Positions 34,960 through 49,555 of a DNA stretch of 64,000 bases are shown here, one piece after another. This DNA comes from Camelus dromedarius. Its lineage: Eukaryota. The position numbers were made by a program, and so were the translations under genes. The notes under the pieces are model-generated. The model was given only the letters and a program-made list of their open reading frames with translations, made no database searches and had not been told where the DNA came from. The stretch spans positions 5,394,001 through 5,458,000 of the forward strand of contig NC_087436.1 of NCBI RefSeq assembly GCF_036321535.1. Direction: 5' to 3'. Each line of letters opens with the position of its first letter. The stretch's first letter is position 1.

Positions 34960-35310
34960 GGAAAAAATAAGGACATTCTCCATTCTTTCTTGCAGTTGGT
35001 TATGGCCAAGTAGCAACATTTTAGCCAATGAGCTGCAGCAAACGTGATGCACTACTTTTAGGAAATGTACTTTAAAGGAGCTGGATATTCCCTTCCTGGA
35101 TTTTCCCTTCCATTCTGAAATGCAAGTGTGAAGGCTGGTGCTCCAGCAGCCCTTTTGGGCCATGAGAAGAGTAGAAACTACAAAGGATCCTGGCTCTGTA
35201 AAGACTTCATGAACCTGGATTGCTTATCTCTGGATTTATTTTACATGGGGAAAAAAGATCCATCTTTTCTCAAAAGTCACTATTTTTGGAGTCTGTGTTA
35301 CAGTTGATAC
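34960..35310 (+). mobile_element. MaLR LTR (MLT1J-like) remnant
   Basis: GCCAATGAG...GTGAAGGCTGGTGCTCCAGCAGCC.TTTTGGGCCATGAG motif string. Confidence 0.5.
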
Positions 35311-36829
35311 AGAGTACAGTTAGCCTTGGCAGCTGCAGATATACCTCCATTTACTCTCTAAAAAAGGAGTCATCTTGAATGTAATGAAAACATTTTCTAG
35401 AATAGCCCTAGAAAAGAGCATGGATAACTGACTTGGATACTGACTGATGATACTAATCATTGACCAAGCTTTTTATAATACTTAAATTTTTATTTGGTTT
35501 TGTGTCACAGTACAAAGCAGAACATATTTGTAATGATAGATTTTATATATTCTGGTGAACTGATGGTCATATTCCTATAATTTTTGAATAGCAAGAAACT
35601 GATTAATGCTCAAAGTTTTTAGATGAGAAAGCTAATTTAATGACTCGACCAAAGGAAAAAAAAAAAAAAACAATTTACTGTAGAAATGAGACTAGCAGCT
35701 AGCTATCCTGGTTTTCAGTCCTGAATCTTTCTATTCTACTATGATGCTAGTATTTCAAGAGGGATAACATGTCCTCAGTTCTGTCAAAATGCAATCACTT
35801 AAGTACTCTCCAAGCCAGCAGAGCCTATTTAGTATAAATATTGAAAACCTAAGAATTTCTCCTTCAAAAAATATAAGAAATAATCTTAAAATTTTGAGTT
35901 TCATTGTAGTACATTTGTATCAATTTACTTTCCCACCAGAGCTACACTTTTATATTGACATCTTAAGACACAGATAACACTGTATTAATATTCGAAAATA
36001 TTTCCCTCTGGCGGGTGTAGCATTTACATGGTACTGTCTGATACATACCTGTAGGAAATTTTTCCTATAGTATTTTGATGCATTTGATGTATTGTCTAAT
36101 CCACCTCTTCATATAACTATAATTTTATAATATCAGCTGCTGCAGAGAGAATAGAGAAATAGTCTATTCTGTCCTATACCATGGTGGATCCAAAATTTAT
36201 TTCTTCTTCTTAATGATTTAGAGATGATTGTTGCAGATTTTCAACTTGTCGGATTATGCTGTAAATTTTTTGGATTGCAGCCACATTTAAGAAAATCTCT
36301 GTCCAGCTAGTCTCCAGCGTGAGCTGTGTGATGTAGGGCATTTTAAATGCTCTTGTACTGTGACGAATCTTAGCCAGAATGTCAGCGTCATCCCTGCAGG
36401 GTTGATGCCCTCACTGTAGTGGCATCATAGGAATCGTATATTGTTTTTAATTCATGTTAGTGTTTCATGTTAAATCAGCAGAAACTAAGAAGCTCCTGGA
36501 TAAACAAGATACAGGCAAGCCCATTTCAGGCCAAGGGAAGGGTGTGATTAAAGGCGCCAGCTGGGGACAGCAGAACAGGATGCCAGGCAGAATAGGATGT
36601 CCTAGAGGGCTGGGAATCACCAAGTGGTTGATCAGAAAAGTGTGTCAGAGCCAGGTAGGAAGGTGGGCGCTAGCATCAAATGCTAATGACTTAGCAAGAA
36701 TCAAGTATCACATGCTGGTAAGTCATCATGGACTGTATTTCCTGAAAGTCAAGTAATTAAGAGCCGGATAACAGATCCCAAAAACAGCGGAAGGTAATTT
36801 AATGAATGTGCCATTAAAATGATGAAGAA

Positions 36830-38075
36830 GTGAGAAATGGCTCTGTTGGCAGCCAGTCCATGGTGTTCCCACCCCTCCAGGCGGGAAGAGATCATGCTGC
36901 AACCATAAAAGAGTCACAGTGGTGCACGGTAGACCTCCTGCTGGGAGACCCCGTGGCTTCCAGCTGCCCCATCTGTGGGACCTACCGTGGTATCCACATG
37001 GAAATGACACTCTCCCTGGGCTGCTTCCAGCCAGTGACTGAATGTGGCGGGGGTACCGGAGCTGGGTGTTCTGCCCAACGTGGATCTCTTCTCATGGACT
37101 CTGCATGTCCGGCCAAGGTGTCCTCAGCACAGCTCTGCAGTCAGAAGTGCTTCCCATCCGATCTCCTTTCACAAATGTCACACCAGCATGGTAGTCAGTG
37201 GGCTCTCCCTCCTTCCTCCTGCTCCCTCTTCCCTTTTCTCTTCACAGGTGTTTCCCCAAAAGACCTCTTGCACATCTGCTGTCTACTTGGCATCTGCTTC
37301 CCAGAGCATGATCTGACCCAGGTGGTGCTGCAGGTGGATGGAGAAGTCAGGAGGAAGGATGGGTCTGTAGGTCCCAGGACTCATCACTGACTGACAAAGA
37401 GACAAAAGGATGCTGCCCCTTTTTGGTGTACAGGCCACAGACACTCCCTGGCACAAATGGAGGCCCAGCCGCTAAAGATGTCACCAGTGGTGACCTGGGA
37501 AAAAGTCCTGCTGGAGGGGAGTGCTCTTGCCAGGGTGGTGATTCTGACATTTGAAAGGTGTAGGGGAACAGGGCGTATGTGAATGGGGACACAGGAAAAC
37601 CTTCCCGATGGGTGGAGCCTTACTTTCATGGAGGGAAAAGAGGGAGCCAGGTGGAGAATTTGTACAAACTTGTAGGCAGTGGTCCATGCCCTGGCCAGTA
37701 GCTCAGTGGTCTAGAAAGAAAAGTACCAACACATCAGAGACAAAGAAAAGGGAGGGAGAGGCAGGCATGAAGGTGGATATTTAGGAGTGGGCATAAAGCG
37801 TGATGATATTCTTAAAAATCACGTTCACATCTGCCAGAAAGTATCCATCTTGGGAAAGGCACGAATAACAACGTGACTTGGCCAGCTTTGTCACCGGCCA
37901 TCCAAGAGCTGGCACAATGAGCCCATAAGCAGGGTGACTACAATGGCAGAGACGGGGAATAGGCACGCAGTTGCGGTACAGACTCCCACATACTGAGGCT
38001 GATCTGGGGCCTTTTGCCTCTAAATAGCTAACTTGCCAGCATTGAAGCCTCCAATGTGCTGCTGTTTCTCCAGGA
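36830..38075 (+). mobile_element. ERVL remnant: LTR16-like LTR (~36830-37320) + degenerate pol (RNase H/integrase) fragment
   Basis: LTR end ...CACAGGTGTTTCCCC...GGCATCTGCTTCCCAGAG. 37650-38050 translates with stops to ERVL-like LSPAIQELAQ*AHKQGDYNGRDG...LPHTEADL...CQ (integrase zinc-finger region). Confidence 0.65.
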
Positions 38076-38110
38076 GACCAGCTGAACCCAGGGCATCCTC
38101 TGCATCCTTT

Positions 38111-38293
38111 TTTAATTGAGGTACAGTCAGTTACAGTGTGTCAATTACTGGTGCACAGCACAATGTCCCAGTCATGTGTATACGTACACACATTCATTTT
38201 CATATTCTTTTTCATCAAAGGTTATTACAAGATATTGATTATAGTTCTCTGTGCTATACAGAAGAAATTTGTTTTTTATCTATTTTTATATAC
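38111..38293 (-). mobile_element. Short young L1-tail insertion
   Basis: Same family as the 32618 copy, with TSD GCATCCTTT on both sides. Confidence 0.88.
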
Positions 38294-38479
38294 GCATCCT
38301 TTAACTTCAGTATCTTCTGTGAGAATGGTGTCCTCGGGAAGGGAGTGATGTGGTCATGACGGACAGCCTGTGGATTCATCTAATGGAAGGAATTGCTGGA
38401 GTTGGGTGTCCGGGCGGGGATGGCAGCAGGCAGACAGGAATGGACGGCAACCCAGGCATTGGATACATTCTGTGTTCTG

Positions 38480-38969
38480 GATACGACTCTGCATCCTCTC
38501 CTACTTCTGTCTTTCTGTTTCCATTCCTGAACAACGGGAGACAGGGAGCTAGAAACCAGGTTTCCTGGGCTGCCTGGTAGCCCAGGTCTGGATGCAAATT
38601 AGGTTGTGCTAATTAGACACGTTCCGGTGAAATTTGCAATGTGGCTTTGTGGTGGAGCCCTTGTCTCGCTATTTTAGGTAGCAAATGATACAGTAGAAAT
38701 GTCAGAGTTTAAAGACAGTTGTAGCAGCTAGGCTTAATGTTCCAGCACCCTGGGGGTCCAAGGCAGTCAGAGTAATTGCAGGAGCCGAAATCAGCACACC
38801 TGGGCCTCGTTGTCACCATCCAGGGTGTCCTTGAACTCCCAGGTCCGGCAGCAGCCCTGGGACTCCCTCCTCCTCCAGACCTTCAGTCATTTCGAAAGCA
38901 TTTAATTTCCTGTGTCAAATCCCTTCTGCTGAAACTATCTGTTTACCACACTCACTTCTGGCTGATACA
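38480..38969 (+). mobile_element. ERVL LTR remnant (LTR33/LTR41-like)
   Basis: 3' end ...AAATCCCTTCTGCTGAAAC...CTGGCTGATACA. The 5' boundary is approximate. Confidence 0.5.
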
Positions 38970-39054
38970 GCTTGTTCGGAGACCAGGAGATGTGAGAAAA
39001 GAAAATCCTGCCATCAGTGAGTGACTGGCAGCTGGGTAAGTTCCAGCCAGAGGT

Positions 39055-39203
39055 GGGGGCAGGGTGTAGCTCAGTGGTGGAACGCATGCTTAGCATGCAC
39101 GAGTTCCTGGGTTCAATCACCTGTGTTCCCTCTAAAAGTAAATAAATAAAATAAGTTACCCACTGAGAAAAGTAAGTAACATTTTAAAAAATGAAAAATA
39201 AAA
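39055..39203 (+). mobile_element. Vic-1-like SINE
   Basis: GGGTGTAGCTCAGTGGTGGAACGCATGCTTAGCATGCACGAGTTCCTGGGTTCAATC; flanking AGCCAGAG(G/A)TG duplication. Confidence 0.85.
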
Positions 39204-39638
39204 CATTGGAGCCAGAGATGGAGAATGGTGGAAAAAGATGGAAGATTATTTCAAAGATTATGAAGTTTTCAAGTTTTATTTCTCCCAAATACTTGGCATC
39301 TAGTAGATTTTCATTGAATGTTTGTTGTATGGAATTGTATTTAAAAGCTTTAGCGTTTGGCCGTAAGAACTATTGAGGGCTTTTACTTAAGGGAATAACA
39401 CAGTGAGATCCCTGCTTCTCATGGAAAATTCTCTGTGGATGACGTGGGGAAGGAATTGGAATGGGCTGAAGACAGAAAAACTATCACATATTAGTCTGTA
39501 GCTTATAAGGCTATTGAAAACAGTCTATAAATGTGGTCACATTTTATGCAAAATTTACTATGTGATTTTAAGTTGCCAGCATATTAATACTGTCACACTT
39601 TGAGATATTGAGAATCTAAAAAAAAATTAAAAAAAAAA

Positions 39639-39772
39639 TTTTGGGGGGGTGGGAGGTAATTAGGTTTATTTATTTATTATTATTTTTTATTTAATGGAGG
39701 TACTGGGGGTCAAACCCATGACCTCATGCATGCTAAGCATGTGCTCTTACCACTGAGCTATACCCTCCCCCC
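39639..39772 (-). mobile_element. Vic-1-like SINE
   Basis: GGGAGGTAATTAGGTTTATTTA...GCATGCTAAGCATGTGCTC...CACTGAGCTATACCCTCCCC. Confidence 0.88.
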
Positions 39773-41092
39773 TGAAAAAAATTTTAAATATTCATCCAGA
39801 GCACATACTTTTAAAGCTGTTGGCAGAAGAAATCGTAAACCGTGTAAATATTGTTGCCGCATGGCGGCACCAGTCTGGCTGGTAAACAGATACGCCTTCC
39901 ATCCGTATTTAGTCGGCATTATGTGTATTTGTTTATGGGCCTCAGATGGTCTATACATGAAGCTGCATTTTCTCATATGATATTATTATGTAGAATACTT
40001 TTATATCCTTTCACAGCAGCATCCAGAGGTTATCTGTACTGGTGGTTTTACTGCATTTGCTGAAAACTCTGTCTGCAAACTTTGGAATCAAGTCAGAAGT
40101 GACGAAAAGCCCAGAAGGCCCAACACTGCATGAATCTTGCAAATTTATTTAAAATGAGAAACTTTAAAATATTAGACCTACTTTGAGAAAATGGAAGGGG
40201 ATAGGGTCAAGCAGAAAGGTGCTAAAATTGGAGATTAGTTACCCAAGTCATACGATATCCAAGAGCACACCTCCCCTAACAGACATTTGTTTTAATGGGA
40301 AAATTAGTTGAATTATGTGAGTTTCAATTTAACGCCTTTGGGAACCTCCCCTCTGAATAAAACTGGACTGTTTACACGTCTTTGTTGTGTCACTCACCAC
40401 ACTGTATCATAAATGTTTCCTTACATGTCAGTGTGACAGAAAACATCCCCTTCTGTATCAATCCCTTTTGTTTCTTCCTGGCCACACAGGAAGACTCTGC
40501 CTTCCTCCCTCCTTTACAATTCGGTTGGGACCGTGTGATGTACACAACTGGGAGGCTTCCTTGTACAATCCTTACTCAGTCTCCGCATCCTCTCTTCCTT
40601 TTCCCCCTTTTGGCAATTTTTACAGCCACACATCAAAGCTGATGAAGCCACTGGATAAAAAGAGCCTGAATTTCTGCATCACCGCGTGGAGCACCCTCCC
40701 CCCCACCGACTTCTGCCCCCACCAGGTGCAAGGGGAACCACACCAGGCTGCGACAGGAACTGGAAAGTCACCTCTGCTGTGTGAAGCTGCTGAGATTCCG
40801 ACGTGGTCCATCACAGAACTACACCCGCATTGTCTCTTTAGATTTTGGGTGCCCCTTGAGCTCAGAGGTCTCACGTTACTTATCTGCACCTCTCCTTCCC
40901 CTGAAACACCCAGGACCATGCCCAGCAGACAGTAGGTACTCAATATACGTTGAACAAATAAGTAAATGAGTATTCTAAGGAAGAGATAATAGGTACTTTT
41001 AACTCAGGCAATGTCAGGAGGCAGTGTGAGTAAAGATCCTTTCAATTTCAAAATTGTTTTAAAAGACTGTACTTTTAAAAATACATGGTTTA

Positions 41093-41244
41093 GTGGGAGG
41101 GTATAGCTAAGTGGTAGTGCTTAGCACACACGGTCCTGGCTTCAATCCCCAGCACCTCCACTAAAAATAAATAAATAAATAAACCTAATTACCTCCCCCC
41201 AAAATAAGAAAGAAAGAAAGATAAATTTAAAAATTAAAAAAATA
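41093..41244 (+). mobile_element. Vic-1-like SINE with small head deletions
   Basis: 15-bp TSD AAAATACATGGTTTA (41078-41092) / AAAATATATGGTTTA (41245-41259) at a TTTT/AAAA L1-endonuclease site. Confidence 0.88.
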
Positions 41245-41514
41245 AAAATATATGGTTTAAAAAATAAACTATAGTTTAGAAATATACAGCTTTTAAACAC
41301 TCGGCAAATACTGTGCCAGTATTCGCTCTTCCTTTGACCTCTTTTCTGAGTATATCTGGGATGATTATGAAATATGAAGTAAAAAGTAATGTTTAATGAA
41401 ACTTACTGCCATGTATAACGTGGTATCAGTTTGATTCGTTTTAACTCATAGTGTTGCAACCTAATTCATTCTCTCCACAGCTCTCTCTGTCTTCTTAAAC
41501 TCTTTTTCTTACAG

Positions 41515-42590
41515 GAATAGACTTTAATTGTTTTGAGCAGTTTTAGGTTTACAGAAGAATTGAGCGGAAAGCACAGAGCATTTTCTTATACCCTTCCTCT
41601 CCCTACAGCTCTCCCTGCTATTAACAGCTTGGATTATTGTGTGAGATGTTACGGAGGCAGGATGTGTGTCATTATTTGTTTCTTTTTCTTTTTAAAAAAC
41701 TTATTTGTTTATTATTATTTTATTTTTGTAGGGGAGGTAATTGGTTTTTTTCAATTTATTTACTTATTTTCACTGGGGATTGAACCCAGGACCTTGTGCT
41801 TGCTAGGCACTTGGTCTACCACTGAGCTATACCCTCCCCCTTGTATCATTATTTGTTATTGATGAGCCAATATTGATGCATCATTGTGACTAAACTCCAT
41901 TGTTCACAGCAGAGTTCACTCCTTGTGTTGTGTTGTTTTGTAAATGTGTAATATTGCACATCCTCTATTACAGTCTTATACAGAGTAGATTCCCTGCCCC
42001 CTGGATTCTCTCTATGTGCTCTGCCTTTTCCTCCCTCCCTTGGGCCTTCCTTCTGAAGCCCTGGCAACCACTGATCATCATGGTTTTGTCTTTTCCAGAA
42101 TTTTCTATGATTGGAATCCTACAGTGTGTAGCCTTTCCAGATTGGCTTCTTTCACTTAGCAATATGCATTTAGGTTTCCTCCATGTCTTTTCCTGGCTTG
42201 ATAGCTCATTTCTCTTTATCACTGAATCAGATCCCATTGTCTGGATGGACCACAGTTTATTTATCCATTTACCTATCAAAGGGCATCGTGGTTGTTTCCA
42301 TGTTTTGGCAATTTATAAGTGAAGCTGCTTTAAATATTCATGGGCAGATTTTTGGGTGAACATACATTATCAGCTCATTGGGGTAAATACCAAGGAGCAA
42401 GATGGCTGAATCATATTTGTGAGTATATTTAATATGGTAAAATACTGCCAGACTGTCTTCCAGGGTGGTGGCACCATTCTGCACCTCCCTCTGAGTGATG
42501 AGAGCCCCTGTTGTTCCACATCTTTGTCAACATTTGGTGTTGTCAGTTCCTCAGCATTTAGTCATTTTCATAGGCACATAGTGGTTCTTC
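41515..42590 (-). mobile_element. Old LINE-1 (L1MC-like) 3' region
   Basis: GAGCAGTTTTAGGTTTACAG...AATTGAGCGGAAAG; ORF 41968-42279 shows L1 ORF2-end similarity (WINKLWSIQTM...IKRNEL). Confidence 0.8.
41681..41841 (-). mobile_element. Vic-1-like SINE nested in L1MC
   Basis: 16-bp TSD TGTGTCATTATTTGTT (41665-41680) / TGTATCATTATTTGTT (41842-41857). Confidence 0.9.
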
Positions 42591-44029
42591 CTAAATGTTT
42601 ATTCCATGGTACTTAATTCTGCCATATGTTTTCAGATCAAGTCCTCATCTGTCTTCAGATAAAAGTCCTCCTTCATACAGATGAACTGTTGGAAGAAAGT
42701 ATTAGAAAACTGAGGTTTGCATCTGAGAATGCAGGCTTAATTTATTGATATCTTAGATCACCTAGGGTCTTAGACTCAACTTTGACATACAAACAAGGAG
42801 AGACTTCAGTTGCAGAACGTGCCTCTGAGAATTAAAATTCTGTGAAGTTTGCTTTACCCTTTACTCAACCCAGTACTTTCTGGCTCATGTCCAAGAGCAG
42901 GTCTGATCGCAGTGACAAGTGGATGAATTGGTACTGCATCCCTGACGAACTGAGGAGGCAGCCTCGACTCTGGAACGAATGGCCCCGTCTTTGCCTTGAA
43001 TGTGGTTATCCATGCCCTGCCTTAGAAATGTGAGCTTGTTGTAAAATAAACAGGTGGAAAATTGACATCAGCAGCTGGTATAAAATTCCTCTCGACACAT
43101 TGAATCTTTTACCCTTATCCCTGCATTTATGAGATCTGACAGATGGATAACCTACTGGTCACAGGATGGCTGAAGATTAGGGCACAAAGCTAAAGGCGCT
43201 GATACCATTGCTCAGCGCAGAGCGCCAGGGATCTGTTAGCATTCTGGAATGACTGTCAGGTGCTGAGTGAGACTTTTAAAGGTGCTGAGAGTGGATAAGA
43301 GAAATTCCTGGTCGGAGAAGCACATTCTCTGTGATTCACACTTCCCTTTTGGCTGGAAACTTTGGGATGACTGTTCTAATTCTGACCCTTGTATGTAAAT
43401 ATTATTTGAAGGATAGAGGTGAAAAATTCACATAATTCAAAAGCATTCCAAACTCTACACTATTGATTCTGGGCGCAGAGGATGGAGGGTGGGTCATGGA
43501 AGAAGTTTTACTTTATGCCTGGTCACGTTACAGAAAAACTGAATTTTCTTATTCTTCAAATGGAAACCAGGGTAAACCTGGCTGACGGGCAGACTGGCAA
43601 TATTATGATGGTACTAAAATCCAACTTATTTGCTAAAGATACTTCAGTGCAACACTCTGGTGATTTAATGATGGTGAAATTTGCACAAAGGGGTGATAGA
43701 TTGACTTTGACATGCTTTGACATTACAGATAAAGACATTACTGTCATTTTTTCACTGATATTTTAATTATGACTTTCTCATAGCCTGTGCAGTTCTCGAT
43801 GTACATTATTTTAATAAAGCCATTTACAGAGAGAGCAAGGAGTAAATATGTTTCAGCTTGAGTTCAAACTAAGTAACTACTAGTGATTATATTAAAACAG
43901 TTCTGTAAATGCTAAAAACGTAGATGATATTTTAGCATCTAATATCGGTTACAAAATATGGATGCTGATACATTGTCCTTTCTTTTCACTGATTCACATC
44001 CTAGTCAGGCCAACAAAGGTTTAGCAAAT

Positions 44030-46880
44030 GTGGTAAATTTTGTTATTTGCCAACAAATATTCCATCTTTGCTCTTAACCACCGAGAGAAGCCTACTTCCC
44101 CATTCCATCGGTTTTGGGCTTGGTCATATAATTAATTGGCTTTGCCCATGAATGTAGCAAAAGTGACATTTTGATAACTCTGACAGCTTAAAAGAAATGA
44201 CAAGTTTCCACCAAGTTGTGGGGCACACCTAAATCCCACACACAGCCCGAGGCACAGCCAACCACATGCAACGTGAATGAGATGAAGTATTTGCAGTGCT
44301 CAGTCATTATGATTTTGAGATATTTTTTCCTTTTATTTGTTTATTTATTTTTGTTATGAAGCATAACATACTTAAGGCTGACAAAAGAAGGTAATATTTA
44401 GGATGGAAGTGCTCCCCCACCTCCCCCTACAATAACATCAAGGAAATGGAAAATTCTGACATTGCCTTGGGACTGGTTGGTGTAAGGTAAGAAAAGTTTT
44501 AGGAGTCTGGGAAGGTGGCACCCCGTGTTGTGCATTAAGTTAACATTTGGCTGACCTTCTGAAGGCAAATAAGAGCTGAGAATGTACTTAATGTATTTGG
44601 TGTTTGAAACTGGTTGTGATTTGATAGAGTTATAAGGCTAATACAAGAAAAACTACGCTCAGAAAAGCTTTATACTGTTTGCAAAGGGGACATGGAAAGT
44701 CTAAGAGAATCTGGAGAAATAGTTTCTCTTGTCTAGCGAGTCAAAGACAAAAGTGAGAAATTCTTGAGCTGCAAATGCTGATTGATACAGCACAGCATCA
44801 GGGCGAAAAGAAATCACAGTTGTGTCCCTCAGACCATCACAGACTTCTTTAAGACTACTGATTGGATTTCTGTGGCCTCCAATTCATTTGGATACAATGG
44901 CTGAGGACAAATAAAAAAGGACTTGGTCCCAGGGAGGGCTGATAAGAATAAAATGTTGTAACTAACTCTAGTGAGAGAGACATGGTTCACAGGGAATCCT
45001 GACACAGCTATTGTGCTGGAGTGAAAAACGTAAGTGAGCGAAGTCCCTAACAGAGTTGTGTTCCTGGTACTGTCAGCTTGGATTTAAAGGTATATGATTC
45101 TATTAAACCTAAACTGACACATGGGCCACCAATTCTGTTGTTGGGAAGTGAGCTGAGCTGCCCAGATCTCATCAACCCAGCAACCTCTTAACATAGAAGC
45201 AAAGAAATAATGGGGAAAAAACTTCCCAGAGGGCGGTTCCAAGAGCCATGGAGAAAATGGACTGGAGAGCTATTCCCAGGGAGCCACCATGGGGCTTAAT
45301 CAAAAGCCATCCCCCACCCCCAGGAACAGGGGGACCATGTAACACCTGCCCAGCAGGATTTCAGAATTGCTATGGTCCAGCGCCTGCTCTGTGGCTCCCA
45401 CTCTTCCACTTTTCAGAAGGTAGTGCTTATTGCCCTTAACCTGCTTTGTCCTACAATTGTGTTTGGAGTATGTGCATGTGGACAGGTGAGTTCTTTTTAT
45501 TTCATGGGTCTCAAACTCAAGAGGAGCCACACTTAGACGTTACCTGGAGATGGTCACCAGATCCTGGGCTTGGACCCTGGGGCCATGATCAGATGAGATT
45601 TTCAGATGTCCTCCTTGGAAACTTCTGGTCTGGGCTGAATGGAGAGTGATGGTGTATTTGCATATGGTCTCCACCTGACAGAGGTCATCCTTAATGTGGA
45701 GGTGAGATCATCCTACTCTCTTTAATGTCAATAAGCAATGGATTCCTGTAGCTAACTTCTCCTAGGTCCCGCTCCTCTTCACCAAACATGTTTCAGGTTC
45801 AATGTCAGCTTCCTTCAGGTCAAGATCTATGTTTCCGAGGCTACTTAGCAGCTAGACTATTAATTATAAATGAATAAACAAGCAGTTTTTATCATTACAT
45901 TCCCTCACAGCTTTCTCAAATAAAAGGAATGAACTTCTTGGAAGATATGAGCGCCATAAAAGTTCTCGTTATAAAGGAATAGTGTCGTTCTGATTATACA
46001 TCAGCCTTGAGTCACTCCTGACGGTGCATGGCTGGTCGGATGATATTTCTCAGCTTGGAAAGTAGAGGACCAGATTCTGGGCCATAGCATCTCAGTATAC
46101 TAATGATTCTCCAGTCTTCTCTTCTTCCAAGCAGGAGAACTTGTGCTGCAGAAGATGCAGCTGTGAGGTAGTGGTGCCCCTCCCCGTCAACCTGGACCTC
46201 ATCTTACCTCTGTGGAACAGAGCCACCAGCCCACGTGTGTTGGATATTTACTATGATCAAGAAATAAACACGTGATGTGTTAAACCACTGAGTTCTCCCA
46301 GTTTTGCTTTTCCACACCATCATCTAAACTAACACAGTGGGTGTGAAAGACCGCCAGGCTCCTACCTCCTGCCGATGAGCTAGTATCAGGACAACACAAT
46401 TCTTTTTCTAACTCCTTGTTCAAAAAACTGAAAGTATAGCGTATCCTGCCTCTGACTTGGGGTCTCTAGCGCAGGTGCAGGTGAGGTCAGCTGGGGCCCT
46501 GCTCACCTGTACCTTCTCCTGGTCTAGGTGTCCAAGAGGGCTCGTTCTCAAGGCTGGTCACTGATGCTGGCTTCCACTTGGGTGTTGATCTGGGGCTTTT
46601 GCCCAGAGCACCAAGATGTGTGGCTTCTCCCTGTGGCTTCCATATGTCAGCTGGGCTCTCGGAGGGAGTGAGCTCCCAAGAGTCAGCATTTTAAGAGAGC
46701 CAGGGATAAAGACACAGTCATGTTATGGTCTGGATTTGGAAGTCCTGTAATATTACTCGCAATGCATTCTGTTAGTTAGATAAAGTATTAAGGGCAGCCC
46801 AGGTTAAATTAGAGTTCACTTGTAGAATGGAAAAGTGACACAGAAACTGCATTTGCAGCATCTTTAATCCGTCCGACCGC
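44030..46880. mobile_element. Cluster of decayed MaLR (MLT1 LTR and internal) fragments
   Basis: MLT-like strings such as CCAGCAGGATTTCAGAATTGCTATGG and AAGAAATAAACACGTGATGTGTTAAACCACTGAG. Boundaries approximate. Confidence 0.45.
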
Positions 46881-48664
46881 TGCTCTACGACACACAGTTC
46901 CACTTACCCACGTTAATTACATCCACATTAGAATTTGCCCACACATAATAATTCTTGCAGGCAGCAGCCGTGCCTCCTCATAACTGGGTATCTGTACTAG
47001 TGTCTCTTTTTGAGATTTAGCCCATTGCAAATGCTCAGAAGTAGCTGCTGAATAAATTCACGAATGACACATATACATCTTTGAACTTTTCCCAAGGTCT
47101 TAGATTTTAGATGCTAATAAATCTGTTTTGAATAAATGAAGGAGAAACATTTACCCTGTATAAAAAGGTAGACTTAAATGCTTACCAAATTAACATAAAA
47201 TGTAAATACATAAATAATTTTTGTGCATGGGTCAAAAAAACTTTTAATTAAGACTTAAGGAAGAAAATCGAAGCTCCTGGGGCTATCTTTCATTAATATT
47301 GATATTAATATAAAAAACATTAAATGTACTCTTTTAGCCAAGATATATATTGACTTGATTCAATATTGTTTCTGACAAAGGCTAGGAAAATCCACACATT
47401 GCAACACTAAGAAAAAAATGCCCTGAAGTAAAGATGGTCTGCTACTAATTTTTTTTCTAGTACAGTCAGAAGTAAAGAAGAAAAAATCTCCTAAGAATTC
47501 TTGAGAAAAATATTACAATGAATGTTATTTAGAGTGCAAGAAAAATGTCCCCCAAGTTTACTTGGTTTGTGAGTATATTGGTTTATTCTTCTGAGTTTGC
47601 ATCAGTTTAAAACTCAGGGGATGTGAAACAGAATTGCCAATATTATGTCTAGATATACATGCAAACCAAGTGAAACTTGAGTCATGTAATTTGCAGCAGG
47701 ACTCCAAGCGAACTGAACTTGCTTTTTTCCCCTGCTGCTCCCATCACCATGACAGAAGCAGATGTAGAACGAAGGAAAAGATCCTAAGCCTTCTAAAATC
47801 TTGTCATTTTAGAAATTCCTTCCCTTCGTAGGAACGACATATTTTAGTTTGATGCTCTGTTCTCAGTGTAGTTCCAGGCAAGAGTCTGAAGACATTAAAA
47901 CCCAAAGTCGTCTTTAGAATTCTATCCAGAGGAGAAAAATCTGTTGGAAATGAGCATAGATAGCAAAACATAGGGAAAAAAATTGTTTTAAATTTAAAAT
48001 AATGGAAAGAATTTAAAAATACTGCTTATAAGACTAGAAGCTGAAAGTGTGTCTTTTCAACACAGACTTCAACTTCCCTTTCATTGTTATTCATGAATTT
48101 TATTATAAAATTCCTTGGCTTCACTGCACTAGTTTGCCAGTTGTTGTGCTTGTGGACCTGCGTGAAAAATTAAGCATTTCTCTATTATTTTACTGATTAT
48201 TATTTATTATTCAAGAGGTTTTTCACCTCTTTTTTACTTACTTTGATAATTCAGTTTAATTTTAAGTTATGGAGACCAAACTCTTCCCAATTTACAGGAA
48301 AATTAACTTTATTTACAAAATATTTAAGATATTTAAATGTGTTAGAAATCAAGGGACCACAGCATTCCTTTTGAGCTACTCAGTGAAAAGAGACTTTTGA
48401 AAATCAAACACAATCTTAATTGAAATTCCTATCTTAACAGAGAAAAAGAGAGAGGAGGGGAATTTCTAGTATGATGGTCCCTGGCTTCTGGTGGGTTGAT
48501 TTCTGAGTTTTTGACTTGAGGATCTTGGGGAAGAAACAGGCACACTTGGCATTTTGCAGTTTGGTCTTTCCCGGGCTGGTGATCTGCAGGACAGTTCTCT
48601 TTGGTAACGCTGGGCGACCGGGTGACCATGAAGATTGAACAACGGATACTCACCACCGTTCTGG

Positions 48665-48925
48665 AACCGTACAACCATTCTGGTTTTCACTTCCGGTACA
48701 GTATTCAACGACATGAAATAGTCAACACTTTAGGATAAAATGAGCTTTGTATTTTAGATGATTTTGGCCACCTGAAGGCTAATGTAAGCATTCTGAGCTT
48801 GTTTAAGGCGGGTTAGGTGAGCTCTGATGTTTGATAGCTTAGAGGTACTCAGTGTCTTTTTGACTTGCGATGTTTTCAATCTACAGTGGATGTATCAGGA
48901 TATCCCTTCATCTCCAGTCAAGGAA
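48665..48925 (-). mobile_element. Tc1/mariner Tigger-derived MITE (MER47-like)
   Basis: ACAACCATTCTGGTTTTCACTT..GGTACAGTATTCAA...TTAGATGATTTTGGCCACCTGAAGGCTAATGTAAG..TTCTGAGC matches the MER47 consensus as I recall it. Confidence 0.7.
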
Positions 48926-49555
48926 AATCAGACTTTTCTGCAGATGATTTAAATCATGAATTAAAATGTTTTCCCTTGGAAGCTATCAAATGATCAAATC
49001 ACACCTAACTTGATACATTAGCAATTGATGTCCTAAACGGTAAATCAATTATACGTAAATGTGTTTTAAAACCTTTGAGTGTAAAGCTGATAACTTTATA
49101 ATCCTAAAATGTTCGAGGCTGAAAAAAAAATCACACTTACCATGAACACATTTATTATTATTATGAAAGTGATAAGATTGATTTTTATTAGGATGGAAGG
49201 TGCGAGGAGGGGGTCATGGAGACTGCAGGAGCGATTTATGTGTCCTGCGGTTTATGGGCCCCCATGTGAGCGGAGGAGTCACACCGGCACGCAGGGGCAC
49301 ATGGGAATAATTCTCTGGTGTTTCCCACCGGGCCTGCAGGCAGAGTCCTCTGGCGTCTAATGCATTTGCATTTTTAAGTGCTTAATGCAGGGGACATTCT
49401 TGTATGTACCTGATATAACTTTGTTGAGTGGTAAACACCATGATTTAGAAAAGACTGTCCTGCAGTCCCTCAGTGCCCAAAATTCTAAAAGCACAGCAGC
49501 ACAAGTTTCACCCCATATCACATCCAAAACATTAGACAAAATACCGCACATTCCT